Source: an uncultured virus (IMG/VR IMGVR_UViG_3300005827_000008) (Duplodnaviria; Heunggongvirae; Uroviricota; Caudoviricetes). Taken from it: DNA of 20,000 nt. Numbering within the stretch: the first letter of the stretch is position 1; every line of letters begins with the position of its first letter. The stretch lies in IMG/VR virus record IMGVR_UViG_3300005827_000008; one strand, given 5' to 3'. Below, in pieces: positions 8,236 to 16,384 of the stretch. A program made the position numbers and the translations under genes. The notes beneath the pieces were generated by a model that was not told where the DNA came from, did not search any database, and saw only the letters and a list, made by a program, of their open reading frames with translations.

Positions 8236-8483
8236 GCTATGCTGGTTTTTAAAATTTCAATATATTGGTTCACAATCGGTGCCGCATCGAATTTTCTCAC
8301 AATATCGGACGGGGCAAGGCTGTCCCTTCTTATCCCTATTGTGGTAGGCGTTTTGCCTATTATCTGCATTTCACACTCATAAAGGATATTTCCCGCTTTC
8401 GATACTCTGGTTTTTCTGCCAATGTACACATACTCGGCCCTGGTTGTTAAATACCATGTGTTAGGCTCAATTTGTTCGGTCAT
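8232..8483 (-). CDS. hypothetical protein
   Basis: 83-aa ORF, tightly packed. Confidence 0.7.
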   Translation of the reverse strand: MTEQIEPNTWYLTTRAEYVYIGRKTRVSKAGNILYECEMQIIGKTPTTIGIRRDSLAPSDIVRKFDAAPIVNQYIEILKTSIA

Positions 8484-8484
8484 G

Positions 8485-8748
8485 TTATTTAATTAAAAAA
8501 ATGTAATCAATCGCACTGTGTATAATATGAAGATAGCGCCCTTTAACCCCAAACAAAACGCCCGTTTTTACATTTGTATAATCTTCGTAAAAGGTTCTAA
8601 GGTTCAATTGTAGGCCATTAAACAGCGTAGCGTCAAACTGTTTAATCAATCTTTTAGCGGTGTTCCAGCTTATTTTCTTGCCGTTTTTCTCCGCAAATTC
8701 CCCAATTTCTGCACTTGAGCAAGTGCCAATAAATTCCAGTATTTCCAT
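8485..8748 (-). CDS. hypothetical protein
   Basis: 87-aa ORF, tightly packed. Confidence 0.7.
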   Translation of the reverse strand: MEILEFIGTCSSAEIGEFAEKNGKKISWNTAKRLIKQFDATLFNGLQLNLRTFYEDYTNVKTGVLFGVKGRYLHIIHSAIDYIFLIK

Positions 8749-8823
8749 GATATTTTTATTTAATGTTTGCTTGCAAGCGGGTGCCCTTTCGATGAGCCAC
8801 GGCCGAACCGTCCCGCCTTGTGG

Positions 8824-9129
8824 CTATTCTTTGTTCATGTCCCTATCGTGCAAAGGGATGGGGTATTTGTTTAATTCCTTTACTCGGCTGTCTGAGCAAG
8901 TTATAAAAGTACCTCCAAAGGTATAAAATCCCCTTTCCATTGGTTCAGCGTGCACATATTCGCTGCCTCCTATTTGCCGCCTTACGATGCGAACTGCCGG
9001 GGTATCTTCGCTTGCCTCAAATATTGGGGCAATTTGTTCATCTATAATGGTAACGGATTTTTTGCCGTGCATTACATTTATTTTGCTATCGTATGTACTC
9101 CGATATATTTCTGCTATTAATCCTTTCAT
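8824..9129 (-). CDS. conserved hypothetical phage protein
   Basis: YVHAEP...FGGTFITCSDSR...PIPLHDR is recalled as a widespread phage early-protein motif of unknown function. Confidence 0.75.
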   Translation of the reverse strand: MKGLIAEIYRSTYDSKINVMHGKKSVTIIDEQIAPIFEASEDTPAVRIVRRQIGGSEYVHAEPMERGFYTFGGTFITCSDSRVKELNKYPIPLHDRDMNKE

Positions 9130-9130
9130 G

Positions 9131-9373
9131 TTATTTGATTTTATAGGTTATACCAAAATTATGTAAAGGGATAAGGCGCAAACTCATGTTAATGCGCATA
9201 AGTGCAAGAGCGTGTTCTGCTTTCAGGTATTCAAAACTTGAATCTGCCAAATACACCCGCTTAAATTCCTTTTCAAATTCCGGCAATACGTTATGGTTTT
9301 CATCATGCGTAAATCCGTTTTTATATCTGGCTATCAGCCTTTTTGCGTCTCTGTTTAATTCTTGCTTTGTCAT
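9131..9373 (-). CDS. hypothetical protein
   Basis: 80-aa ORF ending 1 nt before the next start. Confidence 0.7.
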   Translation of the reverse strand: MTKQELNRDAKRLIARYKNGFTHDENHNVLPEFEKEFKRVYLADSSFEYLKAEHALALMRINMSLRLIPLHNFGITYKIK

Positions 9374-9486
9374 TATCTTGTTTATTAAGGGTTTAATGTA
9401 TTTTTAAATTGTTATTAATCAGTATAAAATGGGGTTGTACGGTTATCCCCACCGCCCGCTAAAATCGCGGCAAAAACGGGCTAATC

Positions 9487-9717
9487 TTAGGCGAAACTAG
9501 GGAACTCACTAAACATTGTTTCACCTCCAAATGCTTGTAAATAGCTTATTTCTTTAGAAATTTCAACTCCGCGAACCGAAAGCGCAAGAGGTGTAAAAAT
9601 TTCGCATCCTTTGGTATGACAGCCCTTTGCCCCTCCCTTAAATTTACCGGCTGCAAACCTAAACGCCTGTTCCCGGTGTCCGCGTAAATTGATAATGTTG
9701 TTGATATTGTATTTCAT
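9487..9717 (-). CDS. hypothetical protein (first gene of the leftward operon)
   Basis: 76-aa ORF just downstream of the leftward promoter. Confidence 0.55.
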   Translation of the reverse strand: MKYNINNIINLRGHREQAFRFAAGKFKGGAKGCHTKGCEIFTPLALSVRGVEISKEISYLQAFGGETMFSEFPSFA

Positions 9718-9758
9718 TGCGATTTTTATTTAAGTCGCTCAACCGTTGAACGACATGA

Positions 9759-9788
9759 CAAAGGTATAAAGCCAGATTTAAAATGCAA
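9759..9788 (-). promoter_or_regulatory. Bacteroidota-type primary-sigma promoter (leftward)
   Basis: -7 element TACCTTTG (reverse complement of 9759-9766) with TTG 19 nt upstream (9786-9788). Confidence 0.7.
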
Positions 9789-9866
9789 TAGGCAACCAAT
9801 AATATTTTTATAAATAATTTTAACTTACTGAAATACAGGCTAATATTTTTTTATACAATATTTTTC

Positions 9867-9898
9867 TTGCTTGTTTGCGCAAAATTAAAGTACATTTG
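9867..9898 (+). promoter_or_regulatory. Bacteroidota-type primary-sigma promoter (rightward)
   Basis: TTG at 9867-9869, a 21-nt spacer, then TACATTTG at 9891-9898; ATG at 9921. Confidence 0.7.
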
Positions 9899-9920
9899 TA
9901 CTCAGATAACAGTTAATAAT

Positions 9921-10172
9921 ATGGGACACAGAATAAACGAAAAAAATGTTGGCAACAGTTCTTTAAGTTCGGCACCAAAAAAGCGCGGACAAAAATTAAA
10001 ATTTGATGAAATTCAGACTATTGCAATGATACTTTCTAAAGTGTACGATGCGATGGAAGCGGATGAAGTAACTGGCACTCATACAGATGGTGGCAGAATC
10101 ACGCTATCTTTAACTGGAGAGCAAATGTTCGATTTATTTGAAGCTAAAAGAAAGTTAACCAATGGACAATAA
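9921..10172 (+). CDS. hypothetical protein
   Basis: ATG at 9921 preferred because the ORF-track TTG at 9867 lies inside the promoter. Confidence 0.65.
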   Translation: MGHRINEKNVGNSSLSSAPKKRGQKLKFDEIQTIAMILSKVYDAMEADEVTGTHTDGGRITLSLTGEQMFDLFEAKRKLTNGQ

Positions 10173-10473
10173 AACAAAATCAACAGCTTTGGCCACCTAC
10201 ATAAAGGCCAACAGAATGCACCACAAATACAGCACCCTGGCGCACGTGATCGGAATGACTCCCACTTTATTCAGCAACATAATAAACGGTAAGACAAAAA
10301 CAACCTTTGATTTTAAGCAGGTTTTAACGCTTACAGCGTATTTAAAGCCACACGGGTACAGGCCACCAGCAGCCCATAAAGAATTGATTGGAGAAGCCAT
10401 TACAGAGCCTGAAAGCATCACCCACACCCCCGAAGGGGAAGCCCCGGCAACAGAAAGAATATTTTTAACCTAA
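10162..10473 (+). CDS. XRE/Cro-like helix-turn-helix protein
   Basis: YSTLAHVIGMTPTLFSNIINGK fits an XRE-type HTH. Confidence 0.65.
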   Translation: MDNKTKSTALATYIKANRMHHKYSTLAHVIGMTPTLFSNIINGKTKTTFDFKQVLTLTAYLKPHGYRPPAAHKELIGEAITEPESITHTPEGEAPATERIFLT

Positions 10474-10484
10474 ATTATAAAGCA

Positions 10485-10760
10485 ATGAAAATACAGTTAA
10501 GCCACCTATCCCCTGAGGATTTAGGGTTCATTTACGATCAGTTATGCCCGCAATGGGCGACAAAAAAGGTATCTATCAGGAACGAAGCCGGCCTGATAAG
10601 GGCAGAGGACGAATATAAAAAGCGGATATTTTTCCGGCTAATGCAGAAAACTCAGGGCAGAATAAGCCGTTTTGACCCGAAAGTGCAAAGCTATCTGGAA
10701 ACCAGATACAGCCAGAAGATCACAGAAATACTATCAAATAAAAGATTTTCAATTAATTAA
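10485..10760 (+). CDS. hypothetical protein
   Basis: 91-aa ORF in the rightward operon. Confidence 0.65.
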   Translation: MKIQLSHLSPEDLGFIYDQLCPQWATKKVSIRNEAGLIRAEDEYKKRIFFRLMQKTQGRISRFDPKVQSYLETRYSQKITEILSNKRFSIN

Positions 10761-10783
10761 CCACTTAATAAACAAAAAAAAAC

Positions 10784-10999
10784 ATGAAAACAATCACAAT
10801 TTTTGTAGAGCCTGACAGCCTACCAACCGCACTGGCCACTTTAAAGGTGCTTGAAAACCTGCCTATTGTCAACGATTTCAGGTTTACCCCTTCCGATATT
10901 AAATTCTCAACCTCAATGATCTCTAACTGGATATGGCTAAACCTTCCGGTTGACGAGTATTTGAAATTTTATTTTTCGTATAATGAACAAAAAAAGTAA
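10784..10999 (+). CDS. hypothetical protein
   Basis: 71-aa ORF with a poly-A leader. Confidence 0.7.
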   Translation: MKTITIFVEPDSLPTALATLKVLENLPIVNDFRFTPSDIKFSTSMISNWIWLNLPVDEYLKFYFSYNEQKK

Positions 11000-11005
11000 A
11001 TAAAA

Positions 11006-11329
11006 ATGAAGCATTTAAAAGAAATTGCCGAAAGCATCTACAGCGAACTAAACGCAAGTTACGACCATGCGGACATTGCCGCAAACCCTGGGTTTAAATC
11101 CCACATTGATACGCTGGAGGAACGCCCAGACCTCAGCACACTCATAGTTGAGTACCACGAAGACGGCCAAAGCATCAACGTGTACGCAACCACTTTAAAC
11201 CTCAATGAGGTTATTGAAATAGCCGGAATAGCAGCCGCCAGGCCCCCGGTTAAGGATGTGCCCTTTATTGCAGCCCAAACCACACCAAACGGAACGGCCT
11301 ATCTGCATATTTTAATTGAATTTGAATAA
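11006..11329 (+). CDS. hypothetical protein
   Basis: 107-aa acidic ORF. Confidence 0.7.
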   Translation: MKHLKEIAESIYSELNASYDHADIAANPGFKSHIDTLEERPDLSTLIVEYHEDGQSINVYATTLNLNEVIEIAGIAAARPPVKDVPFIAAQTTPNGTAYLHILIEFE

Positions 11330-11334
11330 ACACT

Positions 11335-11622
11335 ATGAAACTAGCACAATTTAAAAGGCTGCTGCAGTCGTCCAAAACAAACGGGCAGCGAATCAAAAGC
11401 ACAATCTATGACCACAATGGAAATTTAGTCAGATCAAACGACTTTGCAAACATCGGGACCATTCAATCAAACTGCTTTTCTTTGCTTCGTGGGGGTTTTG
11501 AATCATGGTCAGAGTTTGGGAAAGCCTCAGACTGGCAATTTAGCGGCAACGAAATGTCCCACGTGTGGACAGGCGGAAAGGTAGTATTTGAATTTGAAAA
11601 CCCTGAGTTTTTCGGGCTATAG
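11335..11622 (+). CDS. hypothetical protein
   Basis: 95-aa ORF, last of the rightward operon. Confidence 0.7.
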   Translation: MKLAQFKRLLQSSKTNGQRIKSTIYDHNGNLVRSNDFANIGTIQSNCFSLLRGGFESWSEFGKASDWQFSGNEMSHVWTGGKVVFEFENPEFFGL

Positions 11623-11647
11623 CCCAGCGAAGCGGCACAACAGGAAG

Positions 11648-11674
11648 GGAGGGAACAAAAAGCCCTCCTTTTTT
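11648..11674 (+). terminator. Rho-independent terminator
   Basis: GGAGGG (11648-11653) / CCCTCC (11663-11668) stem followed by T6, between convergent genes. Confidence 0.65.
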
Positions 11675-11714
11675 ATGCTATCTACCTAACAAGCGTTAGG
11701 CACACCCGCAAAGA

Positions 11715-12065
11715 TCAAAGTACAAAGAAGTCTGAGAAGTCTAGCTTATAAGCCTTAATTAAAGCTATTATTACCTCAATAGAAGTTGGATAAAGCCTCT
11801 CCCCCTCCCTAAACCCTTTATTCTTTAAATAGCTGTCCCTGCGTAAAAGTTGAGTTCTAAGGAATTGATCGTTTACCGGGCATCCGTTAGCATTACAGGC
11901 ATTAGCCAGATCAACGTAGCGAACAGATAGCCCGCGAGCCTGAGCCTGTGTTAAAACCCTCTTTAACAACGTATCTACTATCAATAGATTGTCTTTATCA
12001 ATAATAATTTCGTGGTATTTGCTTTTATACTCTGATTTAGCCGCTTTAGTATCTGATTGCTTCAT
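11715..12065 (-). CDS. hypothetical protein, possibly HTH-like DNA-binding
   Basis: 116 aa; RGLSVRYVDLANACNANG...FLRTQL loosely resembles an HTH. Confidence 0.55.
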   Translation of the reverse strand: MKQSDTKAAKSEYKSKYHEIIIDKDNLLIVDTLLKRVLTQAQARGLSVRYVDLANACNANGCPVNDQFLRTQLLRRDSYLKNKGFREGERLYPTSIEVIIALIKAYKLDFSDFFVL

Positions 12066-12179
12066 ATATCTATGATTTGATAAATTGGTTTATGGCGTAA
12101 ACTGGTTTAGAGTGGTTATTGTGTTCTTTTACAGTCACTTGGGAAACTCCACCTAAACCAATCGCTTTAAATAGCATTG

Positions 12180-12395
12180 TTATTTGTCCTGAATATCAAT
12201 ATAATACAAAATCTTGATTCCAACGGCTTCACATAACCTTTGAATGATTGAGTGCGCTACTCCTGGAGCCTTGCCCTCAATAACCTTTGTGTAGTATTCC
12301 CGGCTAATGTCTGCTGATGCCGCTACCTCTTGCCTTTGTAAGCCCTTTTTTAGCCTGTTTTTCTCAATTGCTGCATAAATCTGCTGTGAGTTCAT
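12180..12395 (-). CDS. XRE-family HTH transcriptional regulator
   Basis: IEKNRLKKGLQRQEVAASADISREYYTKVIEGK...IQRLCEAVG is a classic HTH_3 pattern. Confidence 0.85.
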   Translation of the reverse strand: MNSQQIYAAIEKNRLKKGLQRQEVAASADISREYYTKVIEGKAPGVAHSIIQRLCEAVGIKILYYIDIQDK

Positions 12396-12415
12396 ATTAT
12401 ACGGTGTTTATGCGG

Positions 12416-12446
12416 GCAAGATATGAACAATTGACGACATAAGCAA
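12416..12446 (-). promoter_or_regulatory. possible promoter of the HTH gene
   Basis: TATCTTGC (a -7 variant) with TTG 20 nt upstream; about 20 nt before the ATG at 12395. Confidence 0.35.
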
Positions 12447-12687
12447 GCGGTATTTTATCTACGTATTTTTTTGCCGATTATATACATTATGATAAATAGG
12501 ATTTTTCTGCCCCTGTTTTGTGTGGTTGCCTTGCCTCCCTCCTGCCCTATTCCCATACTCACCACATTCGCGCATAGGCATTGCCGCCCTGTATCTATTG
12601 CCTGTGTTCTAGGGACATGGTAGGTAGTGCCGCAATTGCTTTTGATCTTCGGTTTAGGGTTAGTCATGCTGTGATGCGTAATTTTTT

Positions 12688-12716
12688 AGGGTGCCGGGGT
12701 CAAAGGGTGCCGGGGG
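12688..12716 (+). repeat. tandem AGGGTGCCGGGG repeat forming a canonical G-quadruplex motif
   Basis: GGG-TGCC-GGGG-TCAAA-GGG-TGCC-GGGGG; the 12-mer repeats with a 16-nt period. Confidence 0.7.
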
Positions 12717-12768
12717 TTGTTTTCCTGCGGGGCTGAATGTTTCATAACGGGGTACTTACTACTCTTAT

Positions 12769-13134
12769 TTACAGTACCTTGTTATTTTCGCTTAGACGGT
12801 CATGAAAGTGCCCTAGCGGTATTCCTGTTGCGTGGAGGCTTGATTTCAGGACTTCAAAACCGTTGTAGGGGAAGTATAGGTAGTATATTACTGGTCTTTT
12901 GAATTTGGCTATCCATGCGTTGTTGTGGTGAACGAGTTGCTTTGTTATGGATTGCTCTTTTAGGTTTACGGTGAAGAATCTGCGTTGGGGGTATGGCTTA
13001 ATGAGGGTTATGACTGTTTCGTATTCTGGCAGCTTGTTGGGTGCTTTTTGTTGTTGGATTGTGTACTGGATCATGTAGTCAATAATGAATGACATATAGA
13101 AATCGAAATTTGAGAGGTTTTTTTGGGTGTCCAT
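12769..13134 (-). CDS. hypothetical protein with skewed composition
   Basis: 121-aa ORF whose coding strand is unusually C/A-rich; may be non-coding or recently derived. Confidence 0.45.
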   Translation of the reverse strand: MDTQKNLSNFDFYMSFIIDYMIQYTIQQQKAPNKLPEYETVITLIKPYPQRRFFTVNLKEQSITKQLVHHNNAWIAKFKRPVIYYLYFPYNGFEVLKSSLHATGIPLGHFHDRLSENNKVL

Positions 13135-13246
13135 GGGGGATGGCCTTTTTTGGGCGGGGGCTATTTTCGGAGTGAGTGGGGTGTTTTGTGTAGGTTGGTA
13201 GTGATTGGTGTTATTTACAGGAGCTTACATTTTGTAAGCCAATTGA

Positions 13247-14152
13247 TTAAGAACCGCATTCGGAAAACACCTCACAACTTTCACCGCCCACCAAGTCTAA
13301 GTCTTCATATAATGTTGCTTCGTCAAATTTCATTGCATCATCTATGATTGGCTTAAAATTGGTTTTGCTTTCGTCAATTATATTTTGAACGCTTTTGTTT
13401 TCACGAAAGAACCTTACTGGCATGGTGGGCAGCTCTCCCCGTTCTTTAAGTTTTTTCAACCTTGTTTCAGGCACAAACCTCTCGTATCTCAACTCCATTT
13501 TACCAAAAAAACTAAACGCGTATTCGTTCTCTCTTGCAATCTGATAGAGTTTCGGGTTCCCCTTTTTCCAGCAAGTGATGCAGTTCCCTTGATACCCCTT
13601 CAACTGCAACCTAAACGGCATTTGTGACCACCAAAAGTTAATCTTTGGCTTTGTCATTGGCTGCATATTCTTTGAAATCAACGGGTAGATAAACCCCATT
13701 TCCTTCGCCTTTGCGTTCATCCTGTCAGCTTCATCGGCCCTAATGCCGATGGCTGTACAGTATTTCTTCCAGCCAATGCTTTTTGCGTAGCTTTTAATTG
13801 GGGCTTGTTTTAACTCTCTTGTGCAATGCGGGGTGGCTATGTTGGGGATGCCGTACTTGCGTATAACGTCTTCAAATACCTTTCCGTCTTTATCGGCAGT
13901 ATTGTAATTAACTATTCGGTGCGTACTCCCTTTTCGCTCCCCATGATGCACAACGGTTTCAATCCAAACAACAGGAAATCCAAAATAAACAGAGCATTGA
14001 TTTACAAACCGCAAGGTTTCCTCGTTTTCTTGTCCGGTGTTTGCGAACACGAAAACCATTTCAAACCTGTCTTGACAGTGCTTCCATAGCCATTGAGCCA
14101 TGTAGGCCGAGGTCTCCCCCCCACTAAATGACACTAATAACTTTTTCTTCAT
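13247..14152 (-). CDS. PAPS reductase/DndC-like PP-loop family protein
   Basis: LVSFSGGETSAYM (PP-loop), FANTGQENEETLRFV, CTRELKQAPI, GIRADEADR, GNCITCWKKG. Start is ATG 14152 (MKKKLLVS) or 14167. Confidence 0.85.
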   Translation of the reverse strand: MKKKLLVSFSGGETSAYMAQWLWKHCQDRFEMVFVFANTGQENEETLRFVNQCSVYFGFPVVWIETVVHHGERKGSTHRIVNYNTADKDGKVFEDVIRKYGIPNIATPHCTRELKQAPIKSYAKSIGWKKYCTAIGIRADEADRMNAKAKEMGFIYPLISKNMQPMTKPKINFWWSQMPFRLQLKGYQGNCITCWKKGNPKLYQIARENEYAFSFFGKMELRYERFVPETRLKKLKERGELPTMPVRFFRENKSVQNIIDESKTNFKPIIDDAMKFDEATLYEDLDLVGGESCEVFSECGS

Positions 14153-14171
14153 TCCCGCTTGTTCCATGCTA

Positions 14172-14202
14172 TAAAGGTATAAAAATCTGGGATAAAAGTC
14201 AA
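14172..14202 (-). promoter_or_regulatory. probable dedicated promoter for the PAPS-reductase-like gene
   Basis: TACCTTTA plus TTG 20 nt upstream; shares AAAGGTATAAA...CAATA with the promoter at 9759-9788. Confidence 0.5.
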
Positions 14203-14220
14203 TAAATAAAGTTTTTATGG

Positions 14221-14475
14221 TTAAAAATTCTCTATCCTCACCATGTAATCAGTCCAATCAAATGATTCAGGCAAAAAACCTTGATCTTTAAAGAGCCTTA
14301 TTTCGGAAAGCCAACATACGCCACCACGTTCTTCTCTACGTTCCATTGTTTGCGTTCCGTATGGGTTCATTTTTGTGTAAGCCTCCCATATAAGTTTTGC
14401 TCCTTCTTCGGTAATGTAGCCGATACCGTTTTTTTGCCCGGCTACTTTTCTGTCTAATAGTATTCTGTATTCCAT
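14221..14475 (-). CDS. hypothetical protein
   Basis: ATG at 14475 (MEYRILLD) avoids overlap with the upstream gene. Confidence 0.65.
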   Translation of the reverse strand: MEYRILLDRKVAGQKNGIGYITEEGAKLIWEAYTKMNPYGTQTMERREERGGVCWLSEIRLFKDQGFLPESFDWTDYMVRIENF

Positions 14476-14483
14476 GCGGACTC

Positions 14484-14708
14484 TTACCCTACAAACGCTT
14501 TTATCCATATCCAGAATGTCTGGGTAAAGGGTCTGTGTATCTTTATTGCTTCGATTTCATTGCGATTTACGGTTATGCTCTCGAAAGATTCATTGCTGTC
14601 CATGGTTATATCGTAATCAATTGGGAGGGTTGTGGGGGAAACTGTTATGTTCTTACAAGTGAAAGTTATTTTATTTCCTGATTTAAAATAAATGGTTACT
14701 TTTTTCAT
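14484..14708 (-). CDS. hypothetical protein
   Basis: 74 aa; ATGA overlap; beta-rich start KVTIYFKSGNKITF. Confidence 0.7.
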   Translation of the reverse strand: MKKVTIYFKSGNKITFTCKNITVSPTTLPIDYDITMDSNESFESITVNRNEIEAIKIHRPFTQTFWIWIKAFVG

Positions 14709-14920
14709 GTTGTTGCTGGTTCGTTTTTAACCCTTTTTTCAATACTGTCCGCTAATTTAGTCAATCTCAGGTAGGATTCAAACCTGCTTTGCAGCATAAA
14801 TGTTATAATATCCTCAAAGGAGTTGAAGTCGTCCCGGGTTAATTCGTCTTTGAATAACCTGTTGTTAAATGCCGTATCAACTATCACTTTGGCATCCGCT
14901 TTAAAAATTCTTTCTTCCAT
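14705..14920 (-). CDS. hypothetical protein
   Basis: 71-aa helical ORF. Confidence 0.7.
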   Translation of the reverse strand: MEERIFKADAKVIVDTAFNNRLFKDELTRDDFNSFEDIITFMLQSRFESYLRLTKLADSIEKRVKNEPATT

Positions 14921-14981
14921 GTTGTTTATTGTTTTATTGTTTAATTGTCAATATTATATCCCTTGTATCCTGTCCAGCCCA

Positions 14982-15923
14982 TTAAATCAGGCTTTTGCCG
15001 CTTGGCGTGGCGAAGTTCTTTATGTCGTCAAGGTTTTTGGGCGTAGCATCCATTCCTTTGGGCAGGTAGTCTTCTATCAGTTCTTTTGACACCACCATGC
15101 AAACGTCATTAAGCAGTCTGGCCAGAAGATAGGCCAAGGGGTTCCCTATGTGGGAATACCCATTGTCTTGTATGAATTTGCTTGCCATTAGTGCAGCGTT
15201 GGTTGGAAGTATTGGGGCTTGGGCGGCAAAGTCCCTGTTTACTTCCCAATCCGGTTGAGCGTGTGGGTGAGGTGGTTCGGACGGCTTCCCGGTATTGTCA
15301 AAGTGCTTTCTTTCTATGTTCAATTCCTGAATATGGCGAAACTCTGACTTTGTTTCTCCCTTTCCCAGCCTTTCTTTTGCGACATTCTCAAATCTCTTGA
15401 ACAATGGGGCTGTTGCGGCTAATTCGCGGTCTGTGTCGCCCCATGCGCCCAAAAGGTCTTCTAATGACAGGCAAACGGTATTTCTGAGTATGTATTCATC
15501 TGCTTTTTCTTTGGCGGAGAAATAGAAATAGTGCATTCTGTTACACTGGAATTTATATGGGCTTTCAGGCCAATGCACTCTGCCGGATAGCAATGTGTCT
15601 TTGTTTACCCACCATACGCTATCACCTTCAAATATCGGTTTTCCATCATGGCTTGTAAATAGTGGTTCGGGCTGCGGTGCATGTTCCTGTGCTATTGGTG
15701 CGGGTTCACCTCTTTTGGCTAATTCGGCTTCGGCAAATTCAATAGCACTTAAAGCGGTTGATAGCATGGCTTTGGTGTATGGGATATTTCTCATGTCGGG
15801 TTCAATAACGTTATCAAATCCAAATGTGCCATCCTCGTAATCTATTGTTAATTTAACCCAGTGCCGATATTCGGCTCCGTCAAAGGTATAATCGAAATCG
15901 TATGTTGCTGTTGTTGGTTTCAT
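14982..15923 (-). CDS. hypothetical multi-domain phage protein
   Basis: 313 aa; segments separated by Pro-rich linkers (EPAPIAQEHAPQPEP; KPSEPPHPHAQP). Confidence 0.75.
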   Translation of the reverse strand: MKPTTATYDFDYTFDGAEYRHWVKLTIDYEDGTFGFDNVIEPDMRNIPYTKAMLSTALSAIEFAEAELAKRGEPAPIAQEHAPQPEPLFTSHDGKPIFEGDSVWWVNKDTLLSGRVHWPESPYKFQCNRMHYFYFSAKEKADEYILRNTVCLSLEDLLGAWGDTDRELAATAPLFKRFENVAKERLGKGETKSEFRHIQELNIERKHFDNTGKPSEPPHPHAQPDWEVNRDFAAQAPILPTNAALMASKFIQDNGYSHIGNPLAYLLARLLNDVCMVVSKELIEDYLPKGMDATPKNLDDIKNFATPSGKSLI

Positions 15924-15959
15924 AAATATTTGTTTATTAAATTGTTTTTATGCTTTGAA

Positions 15960-15975
15960 TGTCAAAGTAGTTTAT
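15960..15975 (+). repeat. 16-bp direct repeat, copy 1 (TGTCAAAGTAGTTTAT)
   Basis: Exact match to 16385-16400. Confidence 0.85.
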
Positions 15976-15979
15976 AAAA

Positions 15980-16384
15980 TTATTGGTGCTTTTTGGTTTT
16001 ATTCCAATCAATGTTAAGGGTTATTTTATTGCGGGAGGACAGGGATAGTTCCTCCACGTCCATCAAATCAATAATTACCTTTAAGCAGTCTTCTTTACTG
16101 AAATAGTCGTACAATCCAAAAACCAAGTTATCCGGGCCTCTTTCGTTAAGTTCAAAGTCAATGATAGTATAAACAGGGTCGGTTTTTAAGTCGTTGTACG
16201 CTTCGGTGAATGTTCTATATGAGCGCATTTCAACCCTGTATTGAATCAAGTCCTTGTCCTCCGTCTTATTTAATTTTCGGGAGCATACAGCATACCTTTT
16301 AGATACGGCCATGACGGTGTAGGGCAATTTTTCGTTTAAAAAATGCACCCACTGCCCTTCTATTAATCCGTGTGATTTATTCAT
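15980..16384 (-). CDS. hypothetical protein flanked by 16-bp direct repeats
   Basis: ATG at 16384 (MNKSHG) immediately follows repeat copy 2 on the coding strand; motif YTIIDF...RGPDNLVFG. Confidence 0.75.
   Translation of the reverse strand: MNKSHGLIEGQWVHFLNEKLPYTVMAVSKRYAVCSRKLNKTEDKDLIQYRVEMRSYRTFTEAYNDLKTDPVYTIIDFELNERGPDNLVFGLYDYFSKEDCLKVIIDLMDVEELSLSSRNKITLNIDWNKTKKHQ

Noticed and set aside
12455..12667. 70-aa ORF (- strand)
   Set aside because: Atypical composition with no motif, inside a skewed and probably non-coding region; not supportable as a gene.
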